Below, in pieces: positions 26,929 through 34,972 of a DNA stretch of 64,000 nucleotides (position 1 is its first letter; each line of letters begins with the position of its first letter). The position numbers were made by a program, and so were the translations under genes. The stretch is from a virus. Where the stretch lies: the IMG/VR virus record IMGVR_UViG_3300037245_003639, one strand, 5' to 3'. The notes beneath the pieces were generated by a model. The model was not told the origin of the DNA. It was given only the letters and a program-made list of their open reading frames with translations, and ran no database searches.

Positions 26929-27261
26929 ATGCGAAGCGAAACCGACCGAATCTGTGCTGCAATCTTGGCTTACCCGCCTTTAGTAGCGGGTCATCCGGTC
27001 TCGAATAAGGCCCTTTCTGACCACGCTCAGGCCCATAGAAGTAACATGTATTGGGCTCTCACCCGAATGGTGAAACGAGGCACGTTGGAGAAACCCAGTC
27101 GAGGTACTTACAAACTCGTAAATCCCTCCCAAAGGTTGGCCGAGATTGCTGCTCAATGCAGCAAACAGCTTGCAGAACGTCAAATTACTGTAACTGTGAA
27201 CGGCCTGCGAGTAATGGGGACCGTAGATGACATCCGAGAACTCTTAATACAGGGAGCATAA
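26929..27261 (+). CDS. hypothetical protein, possibly a winged-helix regulator
   Basis: 110 aa; start after the cassette SD. Confidence 0.4.
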   Translation: MRSETDRICAAILAYPPLVAGHPVSNKALSDHAQAHRSNMYWALTRMVKRGTLEKPSRGTYKLVNPSQRLAEIAAQCSKQLAERQITVTVNGLRVMGTVDDIRELLIQGA

Positions 27262-27264
27262 CTT

Positions 27265-27603
27265 ATGCCAGCCCAATCAGCCAAACAGACATGGACCAAA
27301 GGGGAATGGAACAAACTACAGAAACGCAAGATCTCAGAAGCCGAATACTTTGGCTCTGTCGGAGACGTGAATATCGCTGACGCTGCCAGCACTATCACGA
27401 TCAACTGCCAATCACTCGATGCCGTCCAACAACTGGCCGACGCTGCTAATGCAGCCCTAGCACACTGGAAACGAGCAAAACATCAGAACCTTAAGTCCAA
27501 AACCGTCCGCAGCGCCCTACTACCCATTGATATGGTCAAATTCACGTACCACAAAGCAACTAACAAGATGACTTGCTTGGGATTCAAACGAAACTCTAAA
27601 TAA
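27265..27603 (+). CDS. hypothetical protein, 112 aa
   Basis: SD GGGAGC. Confidence 0.45.
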   Translation: MPAQSAKQTWTKGEWNKLQKRKISEAEYFGSVGDVNIADAASTITINCQSLDAVQQLADAANAALAHWKRAKHQNLKSKTVRSALLPIDMVKFTYHKATNKMTCLGFKRNSK

Positions 27604-27853
27604 CCCAACGGGACTCCCAAGGGAACCCCCCACACAGCAAAGTCACCGGTCTTTTTTAAATGGATGGCTTCATCTGGTGGGCGAAAAGAGTTCATAAAAT
27701 ACATACGCGCAAGCTTAACTAGTCATGGATGGCCTCCGCCGAGACAATATCACCGGTCTATTCCCGGGAAGGGGGGTAGTTGCTATGTCATATGGCTTAA
27801 AAGCATGCTTTGCACTGATCTCAAGTGGCCTGTGTGCCCGATCCCCTGCTGAT

Positions 27854-27930
27854 CTATTTAGTTAAGGATGTGGTAGGTCAGAGTTATTTAGTTAAGGCGA
27901 GGATATGGTAGGTCTATTTAGTTAAACAGC
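27854..27930. repeat. three direct repeats of about 30 bp (TATTTAGTTAAGG...TGGTAGGTC) at the convergent strand-switch point
   Basis: Units start at 27855, 27885 and 27915; followed by the GC hairpin gcgggccgcagcccgc at 27932-27947. Confidence 0.6.
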
Positions 27931-27986
27931 AAGCGGGCCGCAGCCCGCAGTAGGCCACGACCCGCTCTAGGTAATGGTGAGTCAGG

Positions 27987-28235
27987 TCAGGTCAACCAAA
28001 GGAAAAGCAAGGCCATGATGTAGGCCACGACGCGCAAGGTGCCCATGCGTCGAAATTGTCGGTCGGCGTCGTCGCACCTTACATCCGAGTGGTCGCTCGA
28101 CAGGATGTAGACACCCTTCCGCTCCGCTCGCCCGCTCATCCACATGCAGACGCAGCCAGTGAGAATCGGAATCAAACAGACGACCCACATGGGAATCGTC
28201 ATGCTTGCGGCTGGGACGCTCAAAGTAATTGGCAT
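27987..28235 (-). CDS. small membrane protein, 83 aa
   Basis: Start after cassette promoter 28268-28296; the N-terminal TM region resembles that of gene 50241-50891. Confidence 0.45.
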   Translation of the reverse strand: MPITLSVPAASMTIPMWVVCLIPILTGCVCMWMSGRAERKGVYILSSDHSDVRCDDADRQFRRMGTLRVVAYIMALLFLWLT

Positions 28236-28267
28236 CATTGCTTCTCCTTTAGCTTTGACCTACTTAG

Positions 28268-28296
28268 AGTATACCCTATGTTTCCGCCGCTGTCAA
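28268..28296 (-). promoter_or_regulatory. sigma70-type promoter TTGACA-N17-TATACT with conserved leader
   Basis: Read on the minus strand. Confidence 0.55.
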
Positions 28297-29220
28297 GTTC
28301 TTTTCGGATTTCTCTTCGGGTTTCTCTCTCAGCCCCGCTGTTTCGAGAGTCAATGCTACGGCGTTGCATGTACGATTGAGCAGTTGCATACATGCCTGTA
28401 TCGGCTCGCGGCCCTTGGCCCATGCAGTGATGTATTTGTAAGCCCCGCCTAGGTCAGCGTCACGTTCGTAACCGAGAGCATAGAGCAAAACAGCTCCACC
28501 TAATTCGGCTACGATTTCGCCGTCCGCGTATTCTCTGCTACCCTTGCCCCCTTGTGAATTCATCGCACCTAATCTATCATCGGCAGCATGTACTAATTCG
28601 TGGGCGAATGTCGAGACGTTTTCCACGCCGAGAGCGATAGCGTTTCGGCCACCGCTGTACCACCCTTGGGCGGCACCCGTTTGTCCGCTGTACGCTTGGA
28701 GCGACAGGCCCCACTCTTCGGCCACTTCACGCAGGGGTAGCCCGTCTAGGAATTCTTGGGCTTTGGCGTTGTCGGGCCGTGCCTTTTCCCATAGGTCGGG
28801 TTCGGTTATGTCGGTTTGCTCTAGGCCGAATACGGCCATGCCACGGAAACCGTAGATTATAAATCGGTCTTCGTCTGTACCATCATCGCCTTTGACGCTT
28901 CTCTTTCCCTTACAGGGGGCTAGGATAATGAAGGACTTTTCGCCCTGGCGTACTTGTCGTCCTACTTTTTTCCAGCCCGTCCATTCTGATGGGGGAAGGT
29001 CTACCCATTTCTTGCCGACTTTGTTCTTGGTCCTGCCGTAGGTCATGGCGTCGGACATGCCGCGCAAGGCGACGATCAGTTGATTTGACCAGCTATAGTT
29101 GCTGGCGTTTCGCCCGCCACATTTCAGGAATATGGGAGCGATAGCTTTCGGCAGCGTCCCCGCTTTGAACTGGCCGATGATGATGTCAGCGACGGATTCG
29201 GCTTGACCGTAGAGTTTCAT
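28276..29220 (-). CDS. ardC: ArdC-like antirestriction protein / zincin metallopeptidase (ssDNA-binding N-domain plus HExxH C-domain)
   Basis: About 314 aa; FAHELVHA, then GEIVAELGGAVLLYALG, parallel ArdC HELxH ... EELVAELGAAFL; ATGA overlap with the upstream gene. Confidence 0.7.
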   Translation of the reverse strand: MKLYGQAESVADIIIGQFKAGTLPKAIAPIFLKCGGRNASNYSWSNQLIVALRGMSDAMTYGRTKNKVGKKWVDLPPSEWTGWKKVGRQVRQGEKSFIILAPCKGKRSVKGDDGTDEDRFIIYGFRGMAVFGLEQTDITEPDLWEKARPDNAKAQEFLDGLPLREVAEEWGLSLQAYSGQTGAAQGWYSGGRNAIALGVENVSTFAHELVHAADDRLGAMNSQGGKGSREYADGEIVAELGGAVLLYALGYERDADLGGAYKYITAWAKGREPIQACMQLLNRTCNAVALTLETAGLREKPEEKSEKNLTAAET

Positions 29221-29561
29221 GCCAGAATCTCCACGTCCGCATCGGACAGACCTACACCTACCGACTCGGCCCACTCGGCGGTTGTTTTCGGCCAGTCCGT
29301 TGGCAAGCGATTCGAGTCAGGTACCATCGACGCAAAACGCAGAGGCGTTCGGTGTTGCAGTGGGTGAGCCCACCACTTTATCTCGGAATCGTCGGGCTGG
29401 TTGTCGGCAGGTACTACCAGGATAAGCATACCGGCGGGCAACATGCGGCGTTCGCCGGGATTGCCATGAACTGTCTGCTGGCGAGTCACTCCGATAGTAC
29501 GAATAACGTGGTTTTCGGGGCAGCGTCGGACAATCTTCTCACAGTCGCGACATAGAATCAT
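29217..29561 (-). CDS. hypothetical protein, 114 aa, N-terminal CxxC
   Basis: First gene after promoter 29585-29613; translationally coupled to the ardC-like gene. Confidence 0.45.
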   Translation of the reverse strand: MILCRDCEKIVRRCPENHVIRTIGVTRQQTVHGNPGERRMLPAGMLILVVPADNQPDDSEIKWWAHPLQHRTPLRFASMVPDSNRLPTDWPKTTAEWAESVGVGLSDADVEILA

Positions 29562-29584
29562 GTTTCACCTTTACCTTTACTCAT

Positions 29585-29613
29585 AGTATACATCAAGTTT
29601 CGGGGTTTGTCAA
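29585..29613 (-). promoter_or_regulatory. sigma70-type promoter TTGACA-N17-TATACT (perfect -35)
   Basis: Minus strand reads CCCTTGACAAACCCCGAAACTTGATGTATACT. Confidence 0.6.
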
Positions 29614-29678
29614 GGGTAAAAGTGGTTCTTTTTTCGGGCAGACGACGAAGGCGACGAGGTGATGCCAGCGCTTAATCC

Positions 29679-29733
29679 CACTTGAGATCAGTGTGTTCTA
29701 ATTTCCTTGCGAAAATTACACTGATCTCAAGTG
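29679..29733. repeat. inverted pair of the 15-bp element (F 29679-29693, R 29719-29733) around a 25-bp spacer holding a TTCCTTGCGAAAA half-box
   Basis: Perfect 15-bp inverted repeat read directly. Confidence 0.8.
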
Positions 29734-29830
29734 GGAGCTGCGGTTGAGCTGGTGGAGCGGACTCACTCGTGGCATAAAAAAAGGGCCAGCCTTTCGGCTG
29801 ACCCTACCCTTGATGCGAAACTACGCCAGT

Positions 29831-30085
29831 TTAGTAGTCGAGGCCACCTCCTCCTAAGCGGTCTTCGACGGCCTGATCGTGGAGTTGGTCACAAACGCAG
29901 GGGCTCATCAGGCAGTGGTCACAGTCGGCAGAGGGTGACTCGGGCGGCTCGCCCATCTCTTGGTCGAAACGGTCTAGGTCGTCTTCGTGAGCGTCGAGGG
30001 CGTCCTGTCCCGTTAGCATAACGTCTGTATGCCCACAGCAAGGCCAGTCGATGCAGCCGCAAGATCTGATTGGTACTCTGGCCAT
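29831..30085 (-). CDS. small Cys-rich acidic protein, 84 aa
   Basis: Cassette promoter 30117-30144 and SD GGGAGA. Confidence 0.45.
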   Translation of the reverse strand: MARVPIRSCGCIDWPCCGHTDVMLTGQDALDAHEDDLDRFDQEMGEPPESPSADCDHCLMSPCVCDQLHDQAVEDRLGGGGLDY

Positions 30086-30116
30086 TGGTTTGTCTCCCTT
30101 GCTTTGACCTACTTAG

Positions 30117-30144
30117 AGTATACCACATGTTTCTGGAATGTCAA
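30117..30144 (-). promoter_or_regulatory. sigma70-type promoter TTGACA-N16-TG-G-TATACT (extended -10) with conserved leader
   Basis: Read directly. Confidence 0.6.
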
Positions 30145-30290
30145 GTTCCAGTTGAGGGGTCTGTTGTTCATCCACTTGAGATCAGTGTGCTCGGGTGAAC
30201 GGAAAAAAGGCCAGCCTGACGGCTGACCCGCGCTGGGGGTTGGGATTTCGGGCCGTTCGTCTCACGGGTCCACGGCCTCGGGTTGCCCCG

Positions 30291-30560
30291 CTAACTTTTG
30301 ATGATTTCCACGTCATCGGGGCTGCGGAGGGTCACGAAATACGAGCGGACGATACGGTTGTTGGCGACTACCTGTCGGCCGTCGGCTCCCGACTTCCAGA
30401 TGTTGACTCGGAAGCAGCGTGCGGTAATCGGCCTTACATCCATCGACTCATCGGGGGCCAATTTCGGCTCGCCCTGTCGCTCTAACGCATCCGTGATGAT
30501 TGACTCGTTGGTCTTGGTTGGCTGTGTTTCGACTGGTTTCGTTGCGGTGGCGGTTTCCAT
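30291..30560 (-). CDS. hypothetical protein, 89 aa
   Basis: Cassette promoter 30590-30617. Confidence 0.45.
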   Translation of the reverse strand: METATATKPVETQPTKTNESIITDALERQGEPKLAPDESMDVRPITARCFRVNIWKSGADGRQVVANNRIVRSYFVTLRSPDDVEIIKS

Positions 30561-30589
30561 TGTTTGCTCCCTTGCTTTGACCTACTTAG

Positions 30590-30617
30590 AGTATACCACA
30601 GATTCCGCCATTGTCAA
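30590..30617 (-). promoter_or_regulatory. sigma70-type promoter TTGACA-N16-TATACT with conserved leader
   Basis: Read directly. Confidence 0.55.
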
Positions 30618-30882
30618 GTTCTTTGTTCAGGAATATCTAGCCACGCATTTACCACATTGCGTTGAACGACCTCTTGTTCCTCTGTCATTTTTCCGGGTCT
30701 CGGGTCCGCATCAGCCAGTATACGCTTTGCTTGGACTACTGCCAAGTTGTAGCGACGTACTGGATTTCGCTGGTGTCGCCGTCGCTCGACTCGCCGCTTT
30801 GCGGCAGCAGCGATTCGTTGAGCAGTTACCCACGGACATTCTGGTTGAGGCATCGCACCAGTCCTACTTGAGATCAGTGTTT

Positions 30883-31071
30883 CTAACGCGGACCGAGAGT
30901 CTCAGTATGGCGTGCAGTTATTTCGGCGGCTTTGTCTGCCGCTTGTTTGCGTACAGTTGCCGTCAAATCTTCCATGAAAACTTCCACACTCGATTCCAGG
31001 TCTTCTACGTCTGTAATGGTCATTAGGATCTGATTTACAATCCACTTGACCACTTGTTCGTAAGTTATCAT
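30883..31071 (-). CDS. hypothetical protein, 62 aa
   Basis: SD AGTAGGA; co-transcribed downstream of the tRNA-like gene. Confidence 0.4.
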   Translation of the reverse strand: MITYEQVVKWIVNQILMTITDVEDLESSVEVFMEDLTATVRKQAADKAAEITARHTETLGPR

Positions 31072-31129
31072 ATCCTACTCCAATGCTTCGCGTAGCACCG
31101 CTGTCTCACTTGAGATCAGTTCCTTAGTA

Positions 31130-31209
31130 TGGAGCCAGTAGGACTCGAACCTACAATCACCTGTATCTCGCGAGAAATACAGACGGCTTCCCAATTTGCC
31201 TATGGCCCC
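31130..31209 (-). tRNA. tRNA-like gene (80 nt) with canonical acceptor, D and T arms but a non-canonical, extended anticodon region
   Basis: 5' GGGGCCA pairs with 3' TGGCTCC (one G-U); D-loop AATTGGGAA; T-arm GTAGG-TTCGAGT-CCTAC; the central 22 nt are CTGTATT-TCTCGCGA-GATACAG (7-bp stem, 8-nt loop); no CCA encoded; own promoter at about 31270-31300. Confidence 0.45.
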
Positions 31210-31318
31210 AGGGGGCGGCGTGTCTCAGTCCGTCTGTTTGGAATGCCCATTCGGCCAGACAGAGCCGAGCGTCACGCCGCGCGATTCACAGCGTAGTATA
31301 CTCGCCCTTTCCACCTTG

Positions 31319-31477
31319 TCAACGGATAGGCGGATAGAATGGCTGGTGGTCATCGTCGAGCAACATGCCGTCGAACATCCACGGGACGAAGTGGTTGTTA
31401 TCCAGGACATGTTTTGAGGCTGTCGTGGCAGTAATTGCCAGCAGCACCAACAGGTAAACGGCAATTCGTTGTTTCAT
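31319..31477 (-). CDS. 52-aa secreted peptide (signal MKQRIAVYLLVLLAITATTA)
   Basis: Cassette promoter 31508-31535. Confidence 0.35.
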   Translation of the reverse strand: MKQRIAVYLLVLLAITATTASKHVLDNNHFVPWMFDGMLLDDDHQPFYPPIR

Positions 31478-31507
31478 GGTTTTATTCCCTTTGCTTTGAC
31501 CGTATGA

Positions 31508-31535
31508 AGTATACCACATGTGCGGGGTTTGTCAA
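31508..31535 (-). promoter_or_regulatory. sigma70-type promoter TTGACA-N16-TG-G-TATACT
   Basis: Read directly. Confidence 0.55.
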
Positions 31536-31700
31536 GTTCTTTTGTGGAATTTCCACCAAATCGCCGCAAGTTCACGAGTTCCTGTATCGCCGTTACGTCG
31601 GGGAAACCGATAGCGATCAAGGAATTGCCACAACGTCAATTTCCGGGCATCTTGTCGTATGGCTTTCACGGTTTGACTCCCTTGCTTTGACCTTATCAGA

Positions 31701-31729
31701 AGTATACCACACTTGCGGGAGATTGTCAA
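31701..31729 (-). promoter_or_regulatory. sigma70-type promoter TTGACA-N17-TATACT with conserved leader (drives a roughly 46-aa GTG-start ORF)
   Basis: Read directly. Confidence 0.5.
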
Positions 31730-31900
31730 GGGCATTTCCGAGTTCATTTCGATTTTACCGGGAAGGCCAGTGCCGCTGCCCGAGCACGCGCTGCCGGATC
31801 AGTCACTTGAGATCAGTGCGTTTGAATTTCTTTCCGCGAAAAAACGGCCCCGACCGGATGGTCGAGACCGTCTTGATGTTTTCCGTTAGGGGGTTGTAGG

Positions 31901-32173
31901 TTATCCGCCGGGTTTCGGTTTGGTGGGGATGGGGTCAAAAATCCCGCTAACTATGCCGTCCTCACAGCAGCAGTCATCGGCGTCGGGGCCATTGCCTGTT
32001 TGGTCGGCTGTGAACGTGAGATAAATGCCCATCTCACTCACTTGAATGGCTTTGACTACGCGTCTTACTTCGTCCTCCGTCACCGTCACCGTTTCCTCTG
32101 GTCGGGCGTTGGCGACTACCACCGTTGTTTTTCTCAGTCCTGCCCCTATTGGTTGTTTGTCACTGTCACTCAT
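31901..32173 (-). CDS. hypothetical protein, 90 aa
   Basis: SD AGGAG directly after a partial 15-bp element; the upstream gene's stop overlaps the element. Confidence 0.45.
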   Translation of the reverse strand: MSDSDKQPIGAGLRKTTVVVANARPEETVTVTEDEVRRVVKAIQVSEMGIYLTFTADQTGNGPDADDCCCEDGIVSGIFDPIPTKPKPGG

Positions 32174-32195
32174 GCTTGCTCCTACTTGAGATCAG

Positions 32196-32516
32196 TTAAA
32201 CGTATTCGTGGATGCCCGAGCAGACGCCACTGGCATGGCAAACTTCGCCAGCGACATCCCAGCCAACGTGGCCGCATTTGTTACAGAGGGTTTGTCGCCC
32301 TGTCGGTTCTTCTAGCAGCATTCGCAACGTAGCCATGGCGGCGATTCGGCAATCCAGCATACTCGCCAGACCTTGGACTTCGCCAAGGTCGTTTAGATGG
32401 CGCTCGTCATCCTTGACTGCTTGTTTAATTCCATCGAGCGTTATCTGTAAAGCTCGGATACGGGTGAGCGTATCGCCCTTTAGGTCGTCAAGTTTCTTTT
32501 GAGCTACTGCTCTCAT
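32196..32516 (-). CDS. hypothetical protein, 106 aa
   Basis: Cassette promoter 32545-32572. Confidence 0.45.
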   Translation of the reverse strand: MRAVAQKKLDDLKGDTLTRIRALQITLDGIKQAVKDDERHLNDLGEVQGLASMLDCRIAAMATLRMLLEEPTGRQTLCNKCGHVGWDVAGEVCHASGVCSGIHEYV

Positions 32517-32544
32517 GGACTCTCCCTTTGCCTTAACCTTTCTA

Positions 32545-32572
32545 AGTATACCACATCTCAGCAGATTGTCAA
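32545..32572 (-). promoter_or_regulatory. sigma70-type promoter TTGACA-N16-TATACT
   Basis: Read directly. Confidence 0.55.
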
Positions 32573-32683
32573 GCATAAAGTTGTTCTATTTATTAATTTC
32601 GTGTAGGTAATTCGGTGTTGAGTTATTTGGTGTGGGGTATGCGTATGAATTACTCACTTGAGATCAGTGCGGTCTACTCGATA

Positions 32684-32860
32684 CTACTTGGCCCTAATGA
32701 TTTTCGCAAGCTCCGCAGCGATTTGTCGGTTGCTGTTGCCGTCTTGAAACATTTGAAGCCCCTTGTCTCTCACGTCGTCGTCATGCCAGTGGGCATTGGC
32801 TTTTGCTTTTCCTACCAAGTCCCACAACATCATCAGGATAAGACCTTGTTGACTCGCCAT
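32684..32860 (-). CDS. hypothetical protein, 58 aa
   Basis: Promoter 32878-32905. Confidence 0.4.
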   Translation of the reverse strand: MASQQGLILMMLWDLVGKAKANAHWHDDDVRDKGLQMFQDGNSNRQIAAELAKIIRAK

Positions 32861-32877
32861 GTTTGCTCCCTTTGCTA

Positions 32878-32905
32878 AGTATATCACATCTCAGCAGATT
32901 GTCAA
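32878..32905 (-). promoter_or_regulatory. sigma70-type promoter TTGACA-N16-TATACT
   Basis: Read directly. Confidence 0.5.
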
Positions 32906-32967
32906 GAGAAAATTAGAACATCTACACGAAGGAGACAAAGATGGAGAAACTCCAAGTTGGCACTGGC

Positions 32968-33022
32968 CACTTGAGATCAGTGCATCTTTAGAAGATTCGA
33001 TGACCCACACTGATCTCAAGCG
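32968..33022. repeat. inverted pair of the 15-bp element (F 32968-32982; R 33008-33022 imperfect, 13/15)
   Basis: Read directly. Confidence 0.7.
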
Positions 33023-33046
33023 AGTTCCATTTAAGATCTTTTGCTC

Positions 33047-33198
33047 TTTATTAACTTTATGCTGTCTTGTAACTCGTTTATTTGCAAGGGTTTATGGAAG
33101 CCCGATTTAACTATGTCAGTGATGTGATTTTAGCTTTTATACTGTTTTATAACTCGTTTGTTTACAAGGGTTTATGAGAGGTCTGATTTAGACTATTT
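33047..33198. repeat. two direct repeats of about 72 bp (TTATRCTGTYTTRTAACTCGTTTRTTTRCAAGGGTTTATG...)
   Basis: Units 33047-33116 and 33127-33198, about 80% identical. Confidence 0.6.
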
Positions 33199-33240
33199 CG
33201 ATGGTGTGGATTAATAAAGATCGCTCTGCTTAAATAAAAA

Positions 33241-33270
33241 CCGCCCAAGCGTGAACTTGAGCGGTTAGGT
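33241..33270 (-). terminator. rho-independent terminator (ccgctcaag-N6-cttgggcgg plus U-tract) after gene 33289-33639
   Basis: Stem and T-run read on the minus strand. Confidence 0.6.
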
Positions 33271-33288
33271 CAAAGTGGTAAGGGGTTG

Positions 33289-33639
33289 CTACCTTTCGTC
33301 GGGAAACATCAGAGTGATGCCACCGCTTCCGTTGGCCCCAATCCATACGTCTTTGCCCGTGACGTTTCCTCCGAGGCCTTCCGTCCACAGATGATCAGCG
33401 GGGTTGCCCTTTACAATCAGCAGAGCGTCCTGGATGAGTGGGATGGCTCGCTGTTCGAACGTCCTGTCGTCCTGGACGGCTTCGATGGCTTCGTGGACTC
33501 TGACGGTCAAGAAGACTCGGACTCCAAACTTGGCTGGAAATGGCTCACCAATCATGCCGTCTTCGAGCGCGTCGTCGTCGGTATAGACGCTGATAGGGTC
33601 GCCAAACATCTCGGTCATCGGGTCTTTTGCTTTGCTCAT
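33289..33639 (-). CDS. hypothetical protein, 116 aa; leaderless (ATG 6 nt after the -10 TACTAT)
   Basis: Promoter 33646-33674 (TTGACA-N17-TACTAT). Confidence 0.45.
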   Translation of the reverse strand: MSKAKDPMTEMFGDPISVYTDDDALEDGMIGEPFPAKFGVRVFLTVRVHEAIEAVQDDRTFEQRAIPLIQDALLIVKGNPADHLWTEGLGGNVTGKDVWIGANGSGGITLMFPDER

Positions 33640-33689
33640 GTATGAATAGTAACCCATGTTTGCCACTTTGTCAAGCGAAAAATTGGTTC

Positions 33690-33703
33690 TTTTCCGCGGA
33701 AAA
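33690..33703. promoter_or_regulatory. perfect 14-bp palindrome TTTTCCGCGGAAAA about 16 bp upstream of the -35 (centre near -62)
   Basis: Read directly. Confidence 0.5.
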
Positions 33704-33900
33704 TTGAAGAGTTTGCGAATTTTGTAATTTTGTAACTTTGTAACTGTTTCGCAATTTCGCAATTTTGCAACTTTGTAACTGTTGCAACTTTGCAAGTATT
33801 TGCAACTTTGCAACTTTGCAACTTTGCAACTTTGCAACTTTGCAACTTTGCAACTTTGCAACTTTGCAACTTTGCAACTTTGTATTTGCAACTTTGCGAA
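33700..33900. repeat. microsatellite: 8-bp unit TTGCAACT (about 13 pure copies at 33796-33896, degenerate copies upstream)
   Basis: Read directly; the ORF-track products with KVAKLQSCK repeats are artefacts of it. Confidence 0.85.
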
Positions 33901-33935
33901 GATTCAACTATTTCAAGTTTGGGTGGAACCAGGTT

Positions 33936-34012
33936 CACTTGAGATCAGTGTAAAAAGTAATTTCGTGTAGGTAATTCCGTGTTGCAATTTCGTGTAGCAC
34001 TGATCTCAAGTG
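33936..34012. repeat. inverted pair of the 15-bp element (F 33936-33950, R 33998-34012) enclosing three AATTYCGTGTWG iterons
   Basis: Read directly. Confidence 0.8.
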
Positions 34013-34061
34013 GGCCTGGTCAGCGCTCCATCAGGGTGGCCTGCTTGCCCTTTTATGTGGG

Positions 34062-34097
34062 CGCAAAAAAAGAGCGACCCATTTCTGGATCGCTCTA
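34062..34097 (-). terminator. rho-independent terminator (agagcga-N12-tcgctct plus U7) after gene 34141-34341
   Basis: Read on the minus strand. Confidence 0.65.
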
Positions 34098-34140
34098 CCG
34101 CGCAAGCAAGCGGATTTCTCCGCTTGCCCTCTACCGCCCG

Positions 34141-34341
34141 CTAGTCGTCGAGCGTGACGGGTACGAGTTTCACCCGAATCAGTTTCGTTTCGTCCCTTTC
34201 AGGATGCGGGTGATGGTAGTGGACGATCACGCCTTCGTCGTCAGAGCCGACGGGTTCTGGCGCTTCGGCGCGAGCGCTCTCCTCCAGCCCTACTTTGATG
34301 CACGCGATCAAACTCTTTTTCTCTGCCGCCGTCATTGCCAT
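34141..34341 (-). CDS. hypothetical protein, 66 aa
   Basis: ORF. Confidence 0.4.
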   Translation of the reverse strand: MAMTAAEKKSLIACIKVGLEESARAEAPEPVGSDDEGVIVHYHHPHPERDETKLIRVKLVPVTLDD

Positions 34342-34392
34342 TGTTGGCGCTCCTTATGTAGGTTTTAGTGGTCCTCACACATTTGTGCTACC

Positions 34393-34881
34393 TTATCCTA
34401 CAAGTCGTTGTTGTTGGGCTAATCGAGCGTCACGGATGCGGGTTGCCGTCTCGCGCTCGATAGACCTTACTTCTTTGTCGGATGGCCCTGCCAGTTTATC
34501 CAGCGGCGTATCACAGTCCATCCCCGTCAAATCCAACTCCACAGTCTCGCCGCTTTGCTCGGCCATTTCGAGAGCATCCCCGATAACATCGAGTTTGCTC
34601 ATGGTCAGACAGAGCCGTGCTCCATCATGGTGACAGAGTAGGGCGAAATGCTCAGCAGACAGACCCATCAGGAAGTCGATGGTACGCTCGGATCTTGGCG
34701 TATACTGGGTAAACATCGACGTTAGTAACCGATGGCGGTTGCCCGTTGTAACGTCTACCACTTTGCCGTGAGGCGAAGCCACGTTGTTGTATCTGCCGCT
34801 TCCCGGTTTGCGGCCAGCTTCGGCTCTGCGTTTCTTATGTATGCCACTGTCGGCTGTTCTGTCCTGAATTGCTATGCTCAT
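34393..34881 (-). CDS. hypothetical protein, 162 aa
   Basis: Promoter 34916-34944 (TTGACA-N17-TAAACT). Confidence 0.45.
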   Translation of the reverse strand: MSIAIQDRTADSGIHKKRRAEAGRKPGSGRYNNVASPHGKVVDVTTGNRHRLLTSMFTQYTPRSERTIDFLMGLSAEHFALLCHHDGARLCLTMSKLDVIGDALEMAEQSGETVELDLTGMDCDTPLDKLAGPSDKEVRSIERETATRIRDARLAQQQRLVG

Positions 34882-34972
34882 TGTGGTTCCCTTTCATCGC
34901 TTTGACCATACCAGTAGTTTACAGTGCGTTTCTGGTCCTGTCAAGGCTTTGTCAAGGATTTTCTCACTAACT

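Noticed and set aside
30298-31026. 242-aa plus-strand ORF
   Set aside because: It spans three minus-strand genes and two consensus minus-strand promoters and has no RBS, so it is a spurious open frame.
31130-31209. Assigning an amino-acid identity or anticodon to the tRNA-like gene
   Set aside because: The anticodon arm is non-canonical, so no reliable anticodon can be read by eye.
33289-33938. ORF-track proteins with KVAKLQSCK repeats (33289-33891, 33636-33938, 33671-33907 and their plus-strand mirrors)
   Set aside because: They are translations of the 8-bp microsatellite TTGCAACT; the real gene ends at 33639.
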